IMG/VR virus record: IMGVR_UViG_3300045988_129366
Coordinates: 1-64,000 of that record
Length of the DNA stretch: 64,000 nt
Strand: one strand, 5' to 3'
Source of the DNA: a virus
This document shows positions 1-8,653 of this stretch, piece by piece. How positions within the stretch are numbered: position 1 is the stretch's first letter; each line of letters opens with the position of its first letter. Below the pieces are notes generated by a model. That model was not told the origin of the DNA. It worked only from the letters and a program-made list of their open reading frames with translations, and ran no database searches. The translations under genes and the position numbers were made by a program.

Positions 1-44
1 AGAAGCTCAACCAAGTATGTAACTGGCTGAGCTTCTTGATTTTA

Positions 45-95
45 GGCTTTGAGCCACAAAGGGGGCTCGAACCCCTGACCTTTTCGTTACGAATG
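45..95 (-). other. Partial tRNA 3' end on the minus strand (T-arm GGGGTTCGAGCCCCC plus acceptor 3' strand). It has no D or anticodon arm, so it is a candidate att-core or tRNA remnant.
   Basis: RC of 61-75 is GGGGTTCGAGCCCCC followed by TTTGTGGCTCA. The upstream sequence (100-130) is AT-rich and not tRNA-like. Confidence 0.4.
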
Positions 96-216
96 AAATT
101 GAATATTTATGTAAATACTCAGATATACAGTATGTTGCAGTGGACTAAATTTTGTAAAATCAAAAATAAGTCAAAAATACTGGTTTTTACGCCCGATTCG
201 GCAAAAATAATCTTTA

Positions 217-224
217 TATCTTTG
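217..224 (+). promoter_or_regulatory. Bacteroidetes-type -7 promoter motif TATCTTTG in an AT-rich region.
   Basis: Matches the TAnnTTTG consensus. It precedes the ORF-free GC-rich leader at 240-650. Confidence 0.4.
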
Positions 225-651
225 TCTCCGTATCAGTGAGGACGATACAAAGAACGACATAACGGCGACATGAAACCTCGCCGGAAATTGAAGAATCTGC
301 ATAGTCCTCACCATAGATGCAGGTTCTTCTTTTTTATCGCCCTAAGCGAACGAACTGCGGACGGGATAGGAGAGAAGAACCAATAGAGACGGAAGTCTCA
401 ACCTCTATGCGCGGCGCGTAGCGAATCACAAGCAAGGCAGTAGGCGCATAGTTGCAACACCGGAGTACTACGGGCAGCGTGTCATATACCGGGCGCATTG
501 GGCGAAAGGAGGAAGCGCGACACGGACGGATGAATCGTCAAAGCCTCCAAGCGGGAGTTATCATCGACACCCCGCCCGGCATACCATACGGCTTTATACC
601 GATAAGGTTTGACGGCAGTCCGCGAGGTTTCCACAACCTAATAGGCGGACT

Positions 652-1191
652 ATGCTCAGCCCCTCCAGCATTACCCGATATGGTTTAATTATTAGGAATA
701 TGAATATAACAAATTACATAAGAAAACAACAAGGTAAAAAGCCGATTAAAAAATCATCGGTCTACACAGTGATAGATGATTTCAAACTATCCAAACGAGC
801 AAAGAAAAATGCGCAAGTCCATCCCTACAATTCTTTGAGCGAAGAACACCGCGAGTGGATTCTCGAAAATGCCATTCGTATGATTGAACACCCAACCGAG
901 GCCGAAATCGCTTTTGAGCAAACTCTTGTCCGTTTTGGCATAGATTATGAAAAACAGACTTTCTTTAGAATAAATGGCAAAGACTACTTTTTGGACTTTT
1001 ATCTACCCAATTTAAAAATTGCGATTGAGATAGACGGTTCTATCCATCGCACTCAAAAAACTTACGATAAGTTCCGTGATAAGGAATTTGCTCGCATAGG
1101 CATTAGAACGATAAGGATTCACAACAGCAAAGCATACCTATCAGATATTTTGAATACGATTGAGACTAAACACAAAGTTCGCTTGCGATAA
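652..1191 (+). CDS. DUF559 (Vsr-like) endonuclease domain protein.
   Basis: The C-terminal half (EAEIAFEQTLVRFGIDYEKQ...DFYLPNLKIAIEIDGSIHR) matches the DUF559 very-short-patch-repair-like endonuclease fold. The true start may be the internal Met at ~700. Confidence 0.6.
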   Translation: MLSPSSITRYGLIIRNMNITNYIRKQQGKKPIKKSSVYTVIDDFKLSKRAKKNAQVHPYNSLSEEHREWILENAIRMIEHPTEAEIAFEQTLVRFGIDYEKQTFFRINGKDYFLDFYLPNLKIAIEIDGSIHRTQKTYDKFRDKEFARIGIRTIRIHNSKAYLSDILNTIETKHKVRLR

Positions 1192-1209
1192 CAAACAGCG
1201 GGCAGCCGA

Positions 1210-1599
1210 TTAACTTTGGCTGTCCGTCCGCTTTATCCACCCCTCCACAGCATCAATCCTTGCGACAGCATGTGCATCCTCACAGCGGCTTTTGGCTTCG
1301 GAGAGTAATCGCAGGGCATCCTCAACGGATTTGCAGGAGAATGGCTTTCTCGGAGGACATTTCCGATAATCACCCATCGCTTTCTTGGCATATTCAAGCG
1401 AATAGCCTTTGTCACGGAGAAGATGCTTTATCAACTTGCACATCTCCACATCCTCCGGACGATACTTGCGGGTTCCTCCGGGTGTTCTGAACGGATCCAG
1501 TTGCTCAAAGGTATCTTCCCAGAAGCGCAGGGTCGAAACGGGAATATCGAGTATGGCAGAAACCTCGCCGATCTTGTAGTAGGATTTTGTTGCGGGCAT
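1210..1599 (-). CDS. MerR-family HTH transcriptional regulator.
   Basis: N-terminus YYKIGEVSAILDIPVSTLRFWEDTF is a MerR-type HTH. Length 129 aa. Confidence 0.6.
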   Translation of the reverse strand: MPATKSYYKIGEVSAILDIPVSTLRFWEDTFEQLDPFRTPGGTRKYRPEDVEMCKLIKHLLRDKGYSLEYAKKAMGDYRKCPPRKPFSCKSVEDALRLLSEAKSRCEDAHAVARIDAVEGWIKRTDSQS

Positions 1600-1602
1600 T
1601 AG

Positions 1603-2211
1603 TTATCTTTTATTTAAAACTTTTTCTGCCGACATGCCGTCGGATTTTATCACAACCCTGTCATTAGATGTGGCGGGATTAATTTTTTGCCCGTTTAGAT
1701 TATAATAAGTCTCGGCTTTTGGGGATTCGGCTGTTGAAACAGTATTGATGCCACCCGTGATAGCATCATACAAAGAAATGGACACAATGTTGTAATAACT
1801 TCCGATAAAATCAGATGAAAGTTCGTAAGGAATAAATATCACCTTGTTCCATGGGCTGTACACAATCTTGTCAAATTCTATATTTCCCGATGAGTATTGT
1901 AGCTGCGTGGACACGCTATTGTTCAATTCGTCTATTTTTGTAATTCCGTAAGCCCCGCAGATGCCAATGTTTGTCTTTTCCCCACCGAAATAAATCGTCA
2001 CAAACCTTCCTTCTATCAACCACGTGGCACACATAACCCCTTTGTCGTTTATATAGCTGTAGGACCATGTTGGCACAACAAAGTCGGGGCTCCAGTATGA
2101 AGGCTGTCTCGCCTGTGTAAACGAAACTTCCATGTCGGTCGCGTTGTAGAAGGTCTGAGCGTTGGTCGACAGGCTATACGCCAGAGACAATAGGAATAAA
2201 AGTTTTTTCAT
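1603..2211 (-). CDS. Secreted protein of unknown function.
   Basis: N-terminus MKKLLFLLSLAYSLSTNAQ is a type I signal peptide. It is the last gene of the repressor operon. Confidence 0.55.
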   Translation of the reverse strand: MKKLLFLLSLAYSLSTNAQTFYNATDMEVSFTQARQPSYWSPDFVVPTWSYSYINDKGVMCATWLIEGRFVTIYFGGEKTNIGICGAYGITKIDELNNSVSTQLQYSSGNIEFDKIVYSPWNKVIFIPYELSSDFIGSYYNIVSISLYDAITGGINTVSTAESPKAETYYNLNGQKINPATSNDRVVIKSDGMSAEKVLNKR

Positions 2212-2267
2212 TTTCGTTGCAGGTTTTAGTTGTTATTCGTTTTTCTTTCGCTTCGCTCATGGGGCGG

Positions 2268-2966
2268 TTAGTCAAGTAATGCAACCCGTTTGCTCCGATG
2301 CTTATTTATGATATTGATGTTGTCAATACCCAATGGCTCCGAATTGTGCATTATCGCGGTGTAATAATCATCGCATATTTTGTGATTATCTTCCGAGAAA
2401 ACATTGCGTACAACACCACTAAATGCAGGACTAAACAGTTGGTCGGCACTCAATTCTATGCCTTCAACGCATAATCCGATAATCGGAGCGATTATTTCCT
2501 TGTCCTTATTGGAATCTAATAGGCAGGTTATTGCGGATGCTGAAACCATATAGCATGTGCAATAGTGTTGAGCCTTTATGTCTATCGGAGCTTTCCTATT
2601 GTAAAGGGTCTGAATGTATTCTATCATCGCCACCGATAAGCGATTTATACCACTGCTATAATCTTCTGAAGATTGACCAATAGCTTCAATCCTCTTTCTT
2701 TCATTTTGCAGTTGGAACATCATATTAGCAATCCTTTTCTCCGCCTTAAAGACACGCTTCTCCATGCCGATTGCGTTGTAAATCTGCCAGCCAATAAGAA
2801 CCGTAACCAATAAAGCAAATGTAGCCACTATTGTACCTTGATAATCTAACCTCGTGGGATTTGCAATATCAACCGTCCTCGGCAGAGAAATCATCAAAGC
2901 GGTAAACGCCATTCCCATCGTGAGTATGACACATATCCAAAATATGCTCCTTTCGTTGTGGCTCAT
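2268..2966 (-). CDS. Membrane protein (two N-terminal TM helices plus a cytoplasmic domain). Candidate superinfection-exclusion or abortive-infection-like protein.
   Basis: The hydrophobic helices are FWICVILTMGMAFTALMISL and GTIVATFALLVTVLIGWQIY. It is translationally coupled (ATGA overlap) to the upstream repressor-like gene. Confidence 0.5.
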   Translation of the reverse strand: MSHNERSIFWICVILTMGMAFTALMISLPRTVDIANPTRLDYQGTIVATFALLVTVLIGWQIYNAIGMEKRVFKAEKRIANMMFQLQNERKRIEAIGQSSEDYSSGINRLSVAMIEYIQTLYNRKAPIDIKAQHYCTCYMVSASAITCLLDSNKDKEIIAPIIGLCVEGIELSADQLFSPAFSGVVRNVFSEDNHKICDDYYTAIMHNSEPLGIDNINIINKHRSKRVALLD

Positions 2967-3421
2967 TTCTGTCCCATCAAATAGTCGTTCATCTTGCGCT
3001 CACGTTCAAGCGAGGCGTTAAGCTCCTCAATACGCTTGTCCTTTTCTTCGAGTTCGCACTGTTTCGCGTGCAATTCTTTCTCTAACGACTTAATGCGTTC
3101 TTGCAAAAGCAATATCTGAGTCTTAGCATCGCCAATGTTCGTAATATCGCGCATAGCAAACTGCGAATGACCTCCGAGTTTTAAATCTAAGTCAATATCA
3201 ACGGAAGCCTGCGGGTTCAGCATTTCTCCATCTCCCGTCTTCAACCATTCCATATTGAGTTGAGGGTAATGCTTACGGATTTTCTCCAAAGTGCGCTGAC
3301 GGCTATTGTCGGTCATTTTATTAACCGTCCCTTGTGCCATACCACACTCATTTTCAAAGGCTAAAACTGATAAGTCCAGCGATGTGATGAACTGTTTTAA
3401 TCTATCTTGCAAAGTGTTCAT
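2963..3421 (-). CDS. HTH (Cro/C1-type) phage repressor-like protein with a C-terminal coiled coil.
   Basis: N-terminal HTH is TLQDRLKQFITSLDLSVLAFENECGMAQGTVNKM. It is divergent from the plus-strand early operon, and operator-like inverted repeats lie upstream. Confidence 0.6.
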   Translation of the reverse strand: MNTLQDRLKQFITSLDLSVLAFENECGMAQGTVNKMTDNSRQRTLEKIRKHYPQLNMEWLKTGDGEMLNPQASVDIDLDLKLGGHSQFAMRDITNIGDAKTQILLLQERIKSLEKELHAKQCELEEKDKRIEELNASLERERKMNDYLMGQK

Positions 3422-3476
3422 ATCTTAATAAATGTTAAATATCCAAAGAGAATTTGGAGTATTTGGATTTTGATAT

Positions 3477-3575
3477 TAGCTTTGCAGTGTCTTTCGGAAA
3501 GAGAGGCGAAAGGCAATAACAAAGGAGGACAGCGCTGACCACGCTATCTGTCATATTCTCAACTGCAAAGTTAGC
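3477..3575. promoter_or_regulatory. Divergent switch region with an operator-like inverted repeat pair: TTAGCTTTGCAG at 3477-3488 and CTGCAAAGTTAGC at 3563-3575.
   Basis: Near-perfect inverted copies about 75 bp apart lie between the repressor gene (minus) and the first early gene (plus). The region is AT-rich and also has direct repeats ATTTGGA. Confidence 0.4.
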
Positions 3576-3640
3576 GGTTCTCCTTTGATTTGCCAAACTT
3601 TTAGAAAGAAAAATCAATAACGCAACTTTAGGAAAGAAGA

Positions 3641-3841
3641 ATGGCAAAACTAAGCAAAGACAAAGTTAAGGCGATGCTCGCGAGCGACATGATTGTCGTA
3701 CCCTGCGACAATGCTCCCGAAGTGGACTCCGCTTTTGAGACCGCGAAGCAGGCGCGCTCCGAGATGGGCGAGCGAGGCGCATCGGTAAAAATTTCAAAAT
3801 CCAATGTCACCCTTACCGTAGTGGTGAGGACGGGAGTATGA
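3641..3841 (+). CDS. Small early protein (66 aa), Cro/excisionase-position gene of unknown function.
   Basis: First plus-strand ORF after the switch region. Its 3' end is coupled to the next ORF. Confidence 0.4.
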   Translation: MAKLSKDKVKAMLASDMIVVPCDNAPEVDSAFETAKQARSEMGERGASVKISKSNVTLTVVVRTGV

Positions 3842-3990
3842 CCGACCGCAAGAAACTCGTCTACGGACACAAACCGACTCGCGACAAATACATACGCGAA
3901 TATCAAGATAAAGGTTGGAGACTCCGTATGACACAGACTGACTACTGGAAGAACGGCAAGGTGGTGTATATCGCGGAACTTGAAAAATAA
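3838..3990 (+). CDS. Small protein (50 aa; MTDRKKLVYGHKPTRDKYIREYQDKGWRL...).
   Basis: Hand-translated. ATG at 3838 overlaps the upstream stop, the TAA stop is at 3988-3990, and the next gene starts 4 nt later. Confidence 0.35.
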   Translation: MTDRKKLVYGHKPTRDKYIREYQDKGWRLRMTQTDYWKNGKVVYIAELEK

Positions 3991-3993
3991 ACA

Positions 3994-4227
3994 ATGAAAC
4001 AATTCCTTGACATAATTGACCCCGAACAGCTTGGCTTACTGAGCATGGCTTTTCGCAAGATGGGTATTACGTTCAGCAAGGCTGTGTCGGCGAAGATTGT
4101 CGGGGGCGAATATAGACTTGAAAAACTTGTCAGCGAGGGCAAAATCCGCATGGAAAAGCCCACAGCCAAGCAAAACGGCAAATGGTTCTGTGACGGAGGT
4201 GATGTGATAAGCAACCTGAAATTCTAA
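3994..4227 (+). CDS. Hypothetical protein (77 aa).
   Basis: ORF tightly packed after the previous gene. Confidence 0.4.
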   Translation: MKQFLDIIDPEQLGLLSMAFRKMGITFSKAVSAKIVGGEYRLEKLVSEGKIRMEKPTAKQNGKWFCDGGDVISNLKF

Positions 4228-4547
4228 AAGCCAGCAGACGCTTAAAGTCTACAAAAGAACCCCCTGACCTGACAGGGCAGACAAACAGGTTGCGACAGAC
4301 CCTCTCGCCGGGCAAAGCGTAAAACGGCAGGCGCGGACGATGCCGGTTGATTGTTGGCCGGAAACATAATCGAAAGCGACAAAATACCCGAACAAGCAGA
4401 AGCGTAGACTTGTCCGCCGAGAGCATAGGGGAGCAAGACAGCACGGAGTAGCTACCGTGCATACAACTGACGATAAAATGACGGCAACGGTGAGGTACAG
4501 CCATTCGGCAGACAACATGACAACGAGAAACAAACTCTAAATAACGG

Positions 4548-4636
4548 AAGCCCCGTAGCTCAATGGCAGAGCAGCATGTCCGTTTCCCGATAATGGACAT
4601 GCCGATGCAGGTTCAACCCCTGCCGTGTGGCACAAT
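4548..4636 (+). ncRNA. tRNA-like element. It has a canonical D-arm (GTAGCTCAATGGCAGAGCA) and T-arm (GCAGGTTCAACCCCTGC), but the anticodon arm is extended (8-bp stem, 13-nt loop) and the acceptor strands do not pair. It is a possible tRNA pseudogene or tRNA-derived structured RNA.
   Basis: Folded by hand. It lies inside a ~700-nt ORF-free GC-rich stretch (4230-4930) within the early operon. Confidence 0.3.
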
Positions 4637-4932
4637 GTGAATTACCATATAGTGTATAGTGTTTTTGATAAATTTTTCTTACGTACATGCCGTCTGCGAA
4701 GATGGCTCAGGCAGTAAACACAGGAGAGAGTGGCACCCTTTTAAGGTGCTTGTGGTTAGGGTTGCGTGCCCCATGGAGCGACTGCGATAACTCATTAGTC
4801 CTATGGGCGGCAAAATAGGGGCTGTATAACGAAAGTGCCGCCAAAACCAACCATATATTTTAACTTGACTTTTCCCGGTGGTGTGTGAACATCGCCGGAT
4901 TCTTTTTTTGAAAACCAACTAAACTTTACGAT

Positions 4933-5157
4933 ATGAAATCATTACTGAATTGGCGGCAAGGGGTGCTTTACACACTCTTTGTCGTAGCCTTTTTCGCCGC
5001 GATACTGATTTTTGGCGACGATGAGCGACCATTAGGCGCATGGATAGAAGTGCGTGTTTACCTTTTTGCAATCGCCTCCGGCTGTTTTTACGCCTTGTGT
5101 CGCTTAGCAAAGAAGTGGGAACGCGAAGGTAAAATCAAATCACCAACAATCAAATAA
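4933..5157 (+). CDS. Small membrane protein (74 aa, 2 TM).
   Basis: Hydrophobic helices GVLYTLFVVAFFAAILIFG and VYLFAIASGCFYALC. Confidence 0.45.
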   Translation: MKSLLNWRQGVLYTLFVVAFFAAILIFGDDERPLGAWIEVRVYLFAIASGCFYALCRLAKKWEREGKIKSPTIK

Positions 5158-5165
5158 ATCAATTT

Positions 5166-5360
5166 ATGGAAATCAAGACAAAATTCAATCTCGGTGACAC
5201 CCTGTGGAAAATCCACAACAGCAAAGCCGTATCTTTTAAAATCGGCTGCATTTTTTATGACGGCGCGACATATTACGGAGAAACGCGCTATGACATGATA
5301 ATCGAGTCCGAATGTTTCCCGACAAAGGAGGCGTTGATGGAATATGTGGCGTCGGAATAA
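5166..5360 (+). CDS. Small protein with N-terminal KFNLGD motif (64 aa).
   Basis: The KFNLGDTLWKI motif recurs in three other proteins of this window. Its stop overlaps the next start (TAATG). Confidence 0.45.
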   Translation: MEIKTKFNLGDTLWKIHNSKAVSFKIGCIFYDGATYYGETRYDMIIESECFPTKEALMEYVASE

Positions 5361-5662
5361 TGGAAACAAAAGTAAGAAAGCTTAAAAAAAAAATAATAAT
5401 GAAAGAAAGCCTTACTCCCGAGCAGACGCAGGAGCTTGCGACCCTTGGATGCGGTCAGCTAACCACGCTGACGTCGGTAATCGGCGCAGTTCCGCTTACA
5501 TACCGGGTTGAACCGGATGCGTATGCCTCCCTTTCGATGCAGTGGGATTACAGCTATGGTGAAGAGTGGGAAGTCGGCTATGCAGATGTGACCGCTCATT
5601 CCGAAGAGCTGATAGACGCGCTTTTCGAGCTAATCAAACTCCTAATTGATAGAGCGCAATGA
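5360..5662 (+). CDS. Hypothetical protein (100 aa).
   Basis: ATG at 5360 overlaps the upstream stop. Its stop overlaps the exonuclease start. Confidence 0.45.
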   Translation: METKVRKLKKKIIMKESLTPEQTQELATLGCGQLTTLTSVIGAVPLTYRVEPDAYASLSMQWDYSYGEEWEVGYADVTAHSEELIDALFELIKLLIDRAQ

Positions 5663-6639
5663 CTGACCCCGTAATCCACGGGCTTTCAAATGAAGCCTAT
5701 CATCACGAACATCCCTACTCGGAATACTTGTCAAGCAGCCAGCTAAAGCGATACGCCGTGTCGCCAAAGGCTTTCAAGTTTGCGCTTGACAACCCGACCG
5801 AAGAGAAATCCGACGCGCTAAGGTTCGGCTCTCTGTTCCACGATCTGATGGCATGCCTCGCAGAGTTTAACGGGGATTGGGGCAAAGGATTCTTCAAATG
5901 GAAGGACGACATAGCGATATTTGACCCTCCCGTGAATCCCAAGACCAACACCTACTATGGCGCGACAACGAAAGCCTACACGGAAGCCTACGAGAAGTTT
6001 TTAAGTTACAATCAGAGCAAGACCGTAGCGCACGTGCTTGAAACCGATTTGGCGGGTGATATGGCCGATGCTCTTCTAAATTGCAGCGGCGCAACCTCCG
6101 AGCAAGTCCGCAAGCTATTGAAATGGGGTAAACCGGAGGTGTCGCACTTCATCGAATACGAGGGTCTGAAATTCAAGTGGCGACCCGACCTTGAAACACC
6201 GCACAAAATCATCGATTATAAAACCATTGCGAGTGATGATTTGTCCGAGCGGTCAATCAATTCTCAGATAGCGAAGTACGGCTACGATATTTCCGCCGCC
6301 CATTACTTGTTTTTCGACCACATGCAGACTGGTAAGTGGAAGCGGTTCTATTGGATATTCGTATCGAAAGTGCCGCCGCATGACGCGATTATGGTTGACG
6401 CAAGCAAGTGGACTTACGACTACGACCCCGAAACCGACATTGTAATGCCGCAGGTTGGTGCGATAAAGTTCAAGGCGTTGCTCGACCTACACATACAATG
6501 CTCGCGTAAAAACGAATGGCCGGGAAGCGAAATATTCATCCCCCAAGCCGACAACGGACTGCGGATAATGTGTCCGACACCGCCGCCGTGGGAAGTCAGT
6601 AACGCCGCCAATCTTTTAGAACAATCTTTCAACGAATAG
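5659..6639 (+). CDS. PD-(D/E)XK / YqaJ-type phage recombination exonuclease.
   Basis: C-terminal region RPDLETPHKIIDYKT contains the D..(I/V)DYK nuclease motif. It lies immediately upstream of a RecT-like gene, the classic exo+annealase pair. Confidence 0.6.
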   Translation: MTDPVIHGLSNEAYHHEHPYSEYLSSSQLKRYAVSPKAFKFALDNPTEEKSDALRFGSLFHDLMACLAEFNGDWGKGFFKWKDDIAIFDPPVNPKTNTYYGATTKAYTEAYEKFLSYNQSKTVAHVLETDLAGDMADALLNCSGATSEQVRKLLKWGKPEVSHFIEYEGLKFKWRPDLETPHKIIDYKTIASDDLSERSINSQIAKYGYDISAAHYLFFDHMQTGKWKRFYWIFVSKVPPHDAIMVDASKWTYDYDPETDIVMPQVGAIKFKALLDLHIQCSRKNEWPGSEIFIPQADNGLRIMCPTPPPWEVSNAANLLEQSFNE

Positions 6640-6725
6640 TACAAAGCCGAGTACCGCAAGGTACAGCGATGCGAAGCGATGTATAGTTTAGTGAAGTATA
6701 GCAAATAGAGCCGCAAGTGGTCTTA

Positions 6726-6787
6726 GGACGGTTCGATTCCGTCTTTCCGTTGGTGCGGAGCGAGAGTCCGATTCTCTCGGCGGCTCC
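6726..6787 (+). other. Two consecutive hairpins with tRNA T-loop-like 7-nt loops: GGACGG-TTCGATT-CCGTC at 6726-6743 and GGAGCGAGAG-TCCGATT-CTCTCGGCGGCTCC at 6757-6787.
   Basis: Inverted repeats read directly. The second resembles an acceptor/T-arm minihelix. Both lie in the intergenic gap between exonuclease and recT. Confidence 0.4.
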
Positions 6788-6812
6788 CAATTCAATTCTA
6801 AATTCAAATAAT

Positions 6813-7724
6813 ATGTCAACAGAACAGACAACACAGCCGGAGCAGACCGCTCCGCAGGCACAGCCGCAGGAAACAACGGCGGTAGTCAAGAAAGAAAAGT
6901 ACACTCCAGAGCTTTGTGCATCGGCAATCAATAAACTGCCCGCACAGCTTCAAGGTATCAAAAACTGCTTTGCGCAGCCCTTTGATTCGTTCCGTAACGC
7001 TTTCAAAGACCCGAAAGAAGCCGACCGCGTGATGGCAAAGGAAATCGAGTTTGCGGCTCAGGCAATGCTCGCCAACAACTTTCTTATCAAATGCGCCACA
7101 AGCAACCCGATAAGCCTTGTCAACGCACTCAAAAACGTGGCTCTGACACGCTCCACACTCAACCCCGTGCTGAAACAAGGCTATCTCGTTCCATTCGGCG
7201 GTGCAATCACATTCATGCCGTCCTATATGGGACTTGTGGATGTGCTGCTGAACAATGGGCTTGTCAAGAAAATCGAAGCGCATCCCGTATTCGAGGGTGA
7301 GAAGTTCGAGATTAAGCACGGCACGACAGAGGGCATTTTCCACGAGCCGAATCCGTGGGGCAAGCGAGAAAAAGAAAACCTCAAAGGTTGCTACTTCTAT
7401 GTGGTTATGACCGACGGCACCGAGTTGTTCGACACGATGTCGGTAGAGGAAATCGAGAAAATCCGCAAACGCGCCCCGTCTGCCAAATCATCGTCACCGT
7501 GGGACACTGACTATGTGGAGATGGCGAAGAAAACACTGATACGCCGCGCTTTCAAAATGATACCCAAAGCCGGAATCAGCGAGGATAAAGTCAAGGCACT
7601 CGAAGCTGTCTTTGACTACGACGAAAAGGTCGAGCAGAACTGGATTGCAGAACAGAAGCAGACACCGGAAAGCGGCAACCGCTTCGACGAGGACGAAGTT
7701 GAATATGAAGAAGTAAAAGAATAA
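6813..7724 (+). CDS. recT: RecT-family single-strand annealing recombinase.
   Basis: About 300 aa. The central region GYLVPFGGAITFMPSYMGLVDVLLNNG and RRAFKMIPK resembles RecT. It is paired with the exonuclease. The start is taken at the first ATG (6813), not the GTG at 6717. Confidence 0.6.
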   Translation: MSTEQTTQPEQTAPQAQPQETTAVVKKEKYTPELCASAINKLPAQLQGIKNCFAQPFDSFRNAFKDPKEADRVMAKEIEFAAQAMLANNFLIKCATSNPISLVNALKNVALTRSTLNPVLKQGYLVPFGGAITFMPSYMGLVDVLLNNGLVKKIEAHPVFEGEKFEIKHGTTEGIFHEPNPWGKREKENLKGCYFYVVMTDGTELFDTMSVEEIEKIRKRAPSAKSSSPWDTDYVEMAKKTLIRRAFKMIPKAGISEDKVKALEAVFDYDEKVEQNWIAEQKQTPESGNRFDEDEVEYEEVKE

Positions 7725-7727
7725 GAT

Positions 7728-8156
7728 ATGAGCTACTTTATAGCAACCTGCAAGTATGAAAAAATGCAGGAAAACGGCGCGGTAAAGCGCGTAAGTGAGA
7801 AATATCTGTGCGATGCACTCTCGATTGTTGAAGCCGACGCGGTAGTTACGGAGAACCTAAAACCGTATATCTCCGGCGACTTCTTTACTTCAAAGGTTGA
7901 GAACAGCCCTATCGCCGAAGTCATGGGCGATAAGGAGTGTGGACGCTTTTGGCTCGTCAAGGTGGCGTTTGTCACCATCGACGAAAAGACAGCCGCAGAG
8001 AAGCGCACAATCTCGCAGATTCTCGTCGGTGCCACGGACTTTACCAATGCCGTTGAGAACTTCAACGAGGGAATGCGGGGCACAATGGCAGACTTCGAGA
8101 TAGTCAGCCTTGCAGAGACTCCGATTAAGGAATATTATCCGGCAAAATTAGGTTGA
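7728..8156 (+). CDS. Hypothetical protein (142 aa).
   Basis: ORF 4 nt after the recT stop. Confidence 0.45.
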   Translation: MSYFIATCKYEKMQENGAVKRVSEKYLCDALSIVEADAVVTENLKPYISGDFFTSKVENSPIAEVMGDKECGRFWLVKVAFVTIDEKTAAEKRTISQILVGATDFTNAVENFNEGMRGTMADFEIVSLAETPIKEYYPAKLG

Positions 8157-8189
8157 AATCCCTGCGCAAGAGTGCGCGAAAAGGACATG

Positions 8190-8206
8190 CGGGGTTCGAT
8201 TCCCCG
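8190..8206 (+). other. T-arm-like hairpin CGGGG-TTCGATT-CCCCG followed 15 nt later by a T6 run. Possible terminator.
   Basis: Same GGTTCGATTCC T-loop-like motif as at 6726. Confidence 0.35.
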
Positions 8207-8452
8207 TGTGTCAGCATGATGTGTTTTTTCATGGTATTAGATTAAGGTTAATACGTACCCGTGCAGTCTGTGAAGATAGCACGGTTTTTATTCAGATTAT
8301 GGAAATATCTAAAACCGACCTGCAAAAGGTCATAACGTATCTTAATGATGCCTGCAAACTCTACGAGGCTCTGCCTATGCAGTCCATGAAAAGTCGTGCA
8401 TACATGATACGACAACTCACTACTAAGCTAAATGTAAAAATCAGTAATAACA

Positions 8453-8653
8453 ATGGAAGAAAACCCATTTGAAAATAACGAACTGTGCAGCGGGGGACAG
8501 TGTGCCTCTAAGCACGAGTGCGCCCGCTATATGGGCAATGTCGATATTCAGCGCGCAAAGAATCAGTTTATCGTTTTTAATCATGACTGGTGTATCTGTT
8601 GCTCCGGTTATCTTGACAGACCGAGCGATGATTATCCTGAAAAAAACAATTAG
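8453..8653 (+). CDS. Small Cys-rich protein (66 aa) with motif C-x4-C-x4-EC-x-RY.
   Basis: LCSGGQCASKHECARY is paralogous to the ORF at 14930..15148 (FCEGENCTRKEECHRY). Confidence 0.45.
   Translation: MEENPFENNELCSGGQCASKHECARYMGNVDIQRAKNQFIVFNHDWCICCSGYLDRPSDDYPEKNN

Noticed and set aside
4130-4600. 156-aa minus-strand ORF covering the ORF-free region and the tRNA-like element.
   Set aside because: Cys/Arg-rich translation of structured GC-rich RNA-like sequence. It overlaps a tRNA-like element and has no operon context.
6717-6812. Longer RecT start at the GTG at 6717.
   Set aside because: The extension covers the two T-loop-like hairpins and is low-complexity. The first ATG at 6813, with its AT-rich upstream region, is more plausible.
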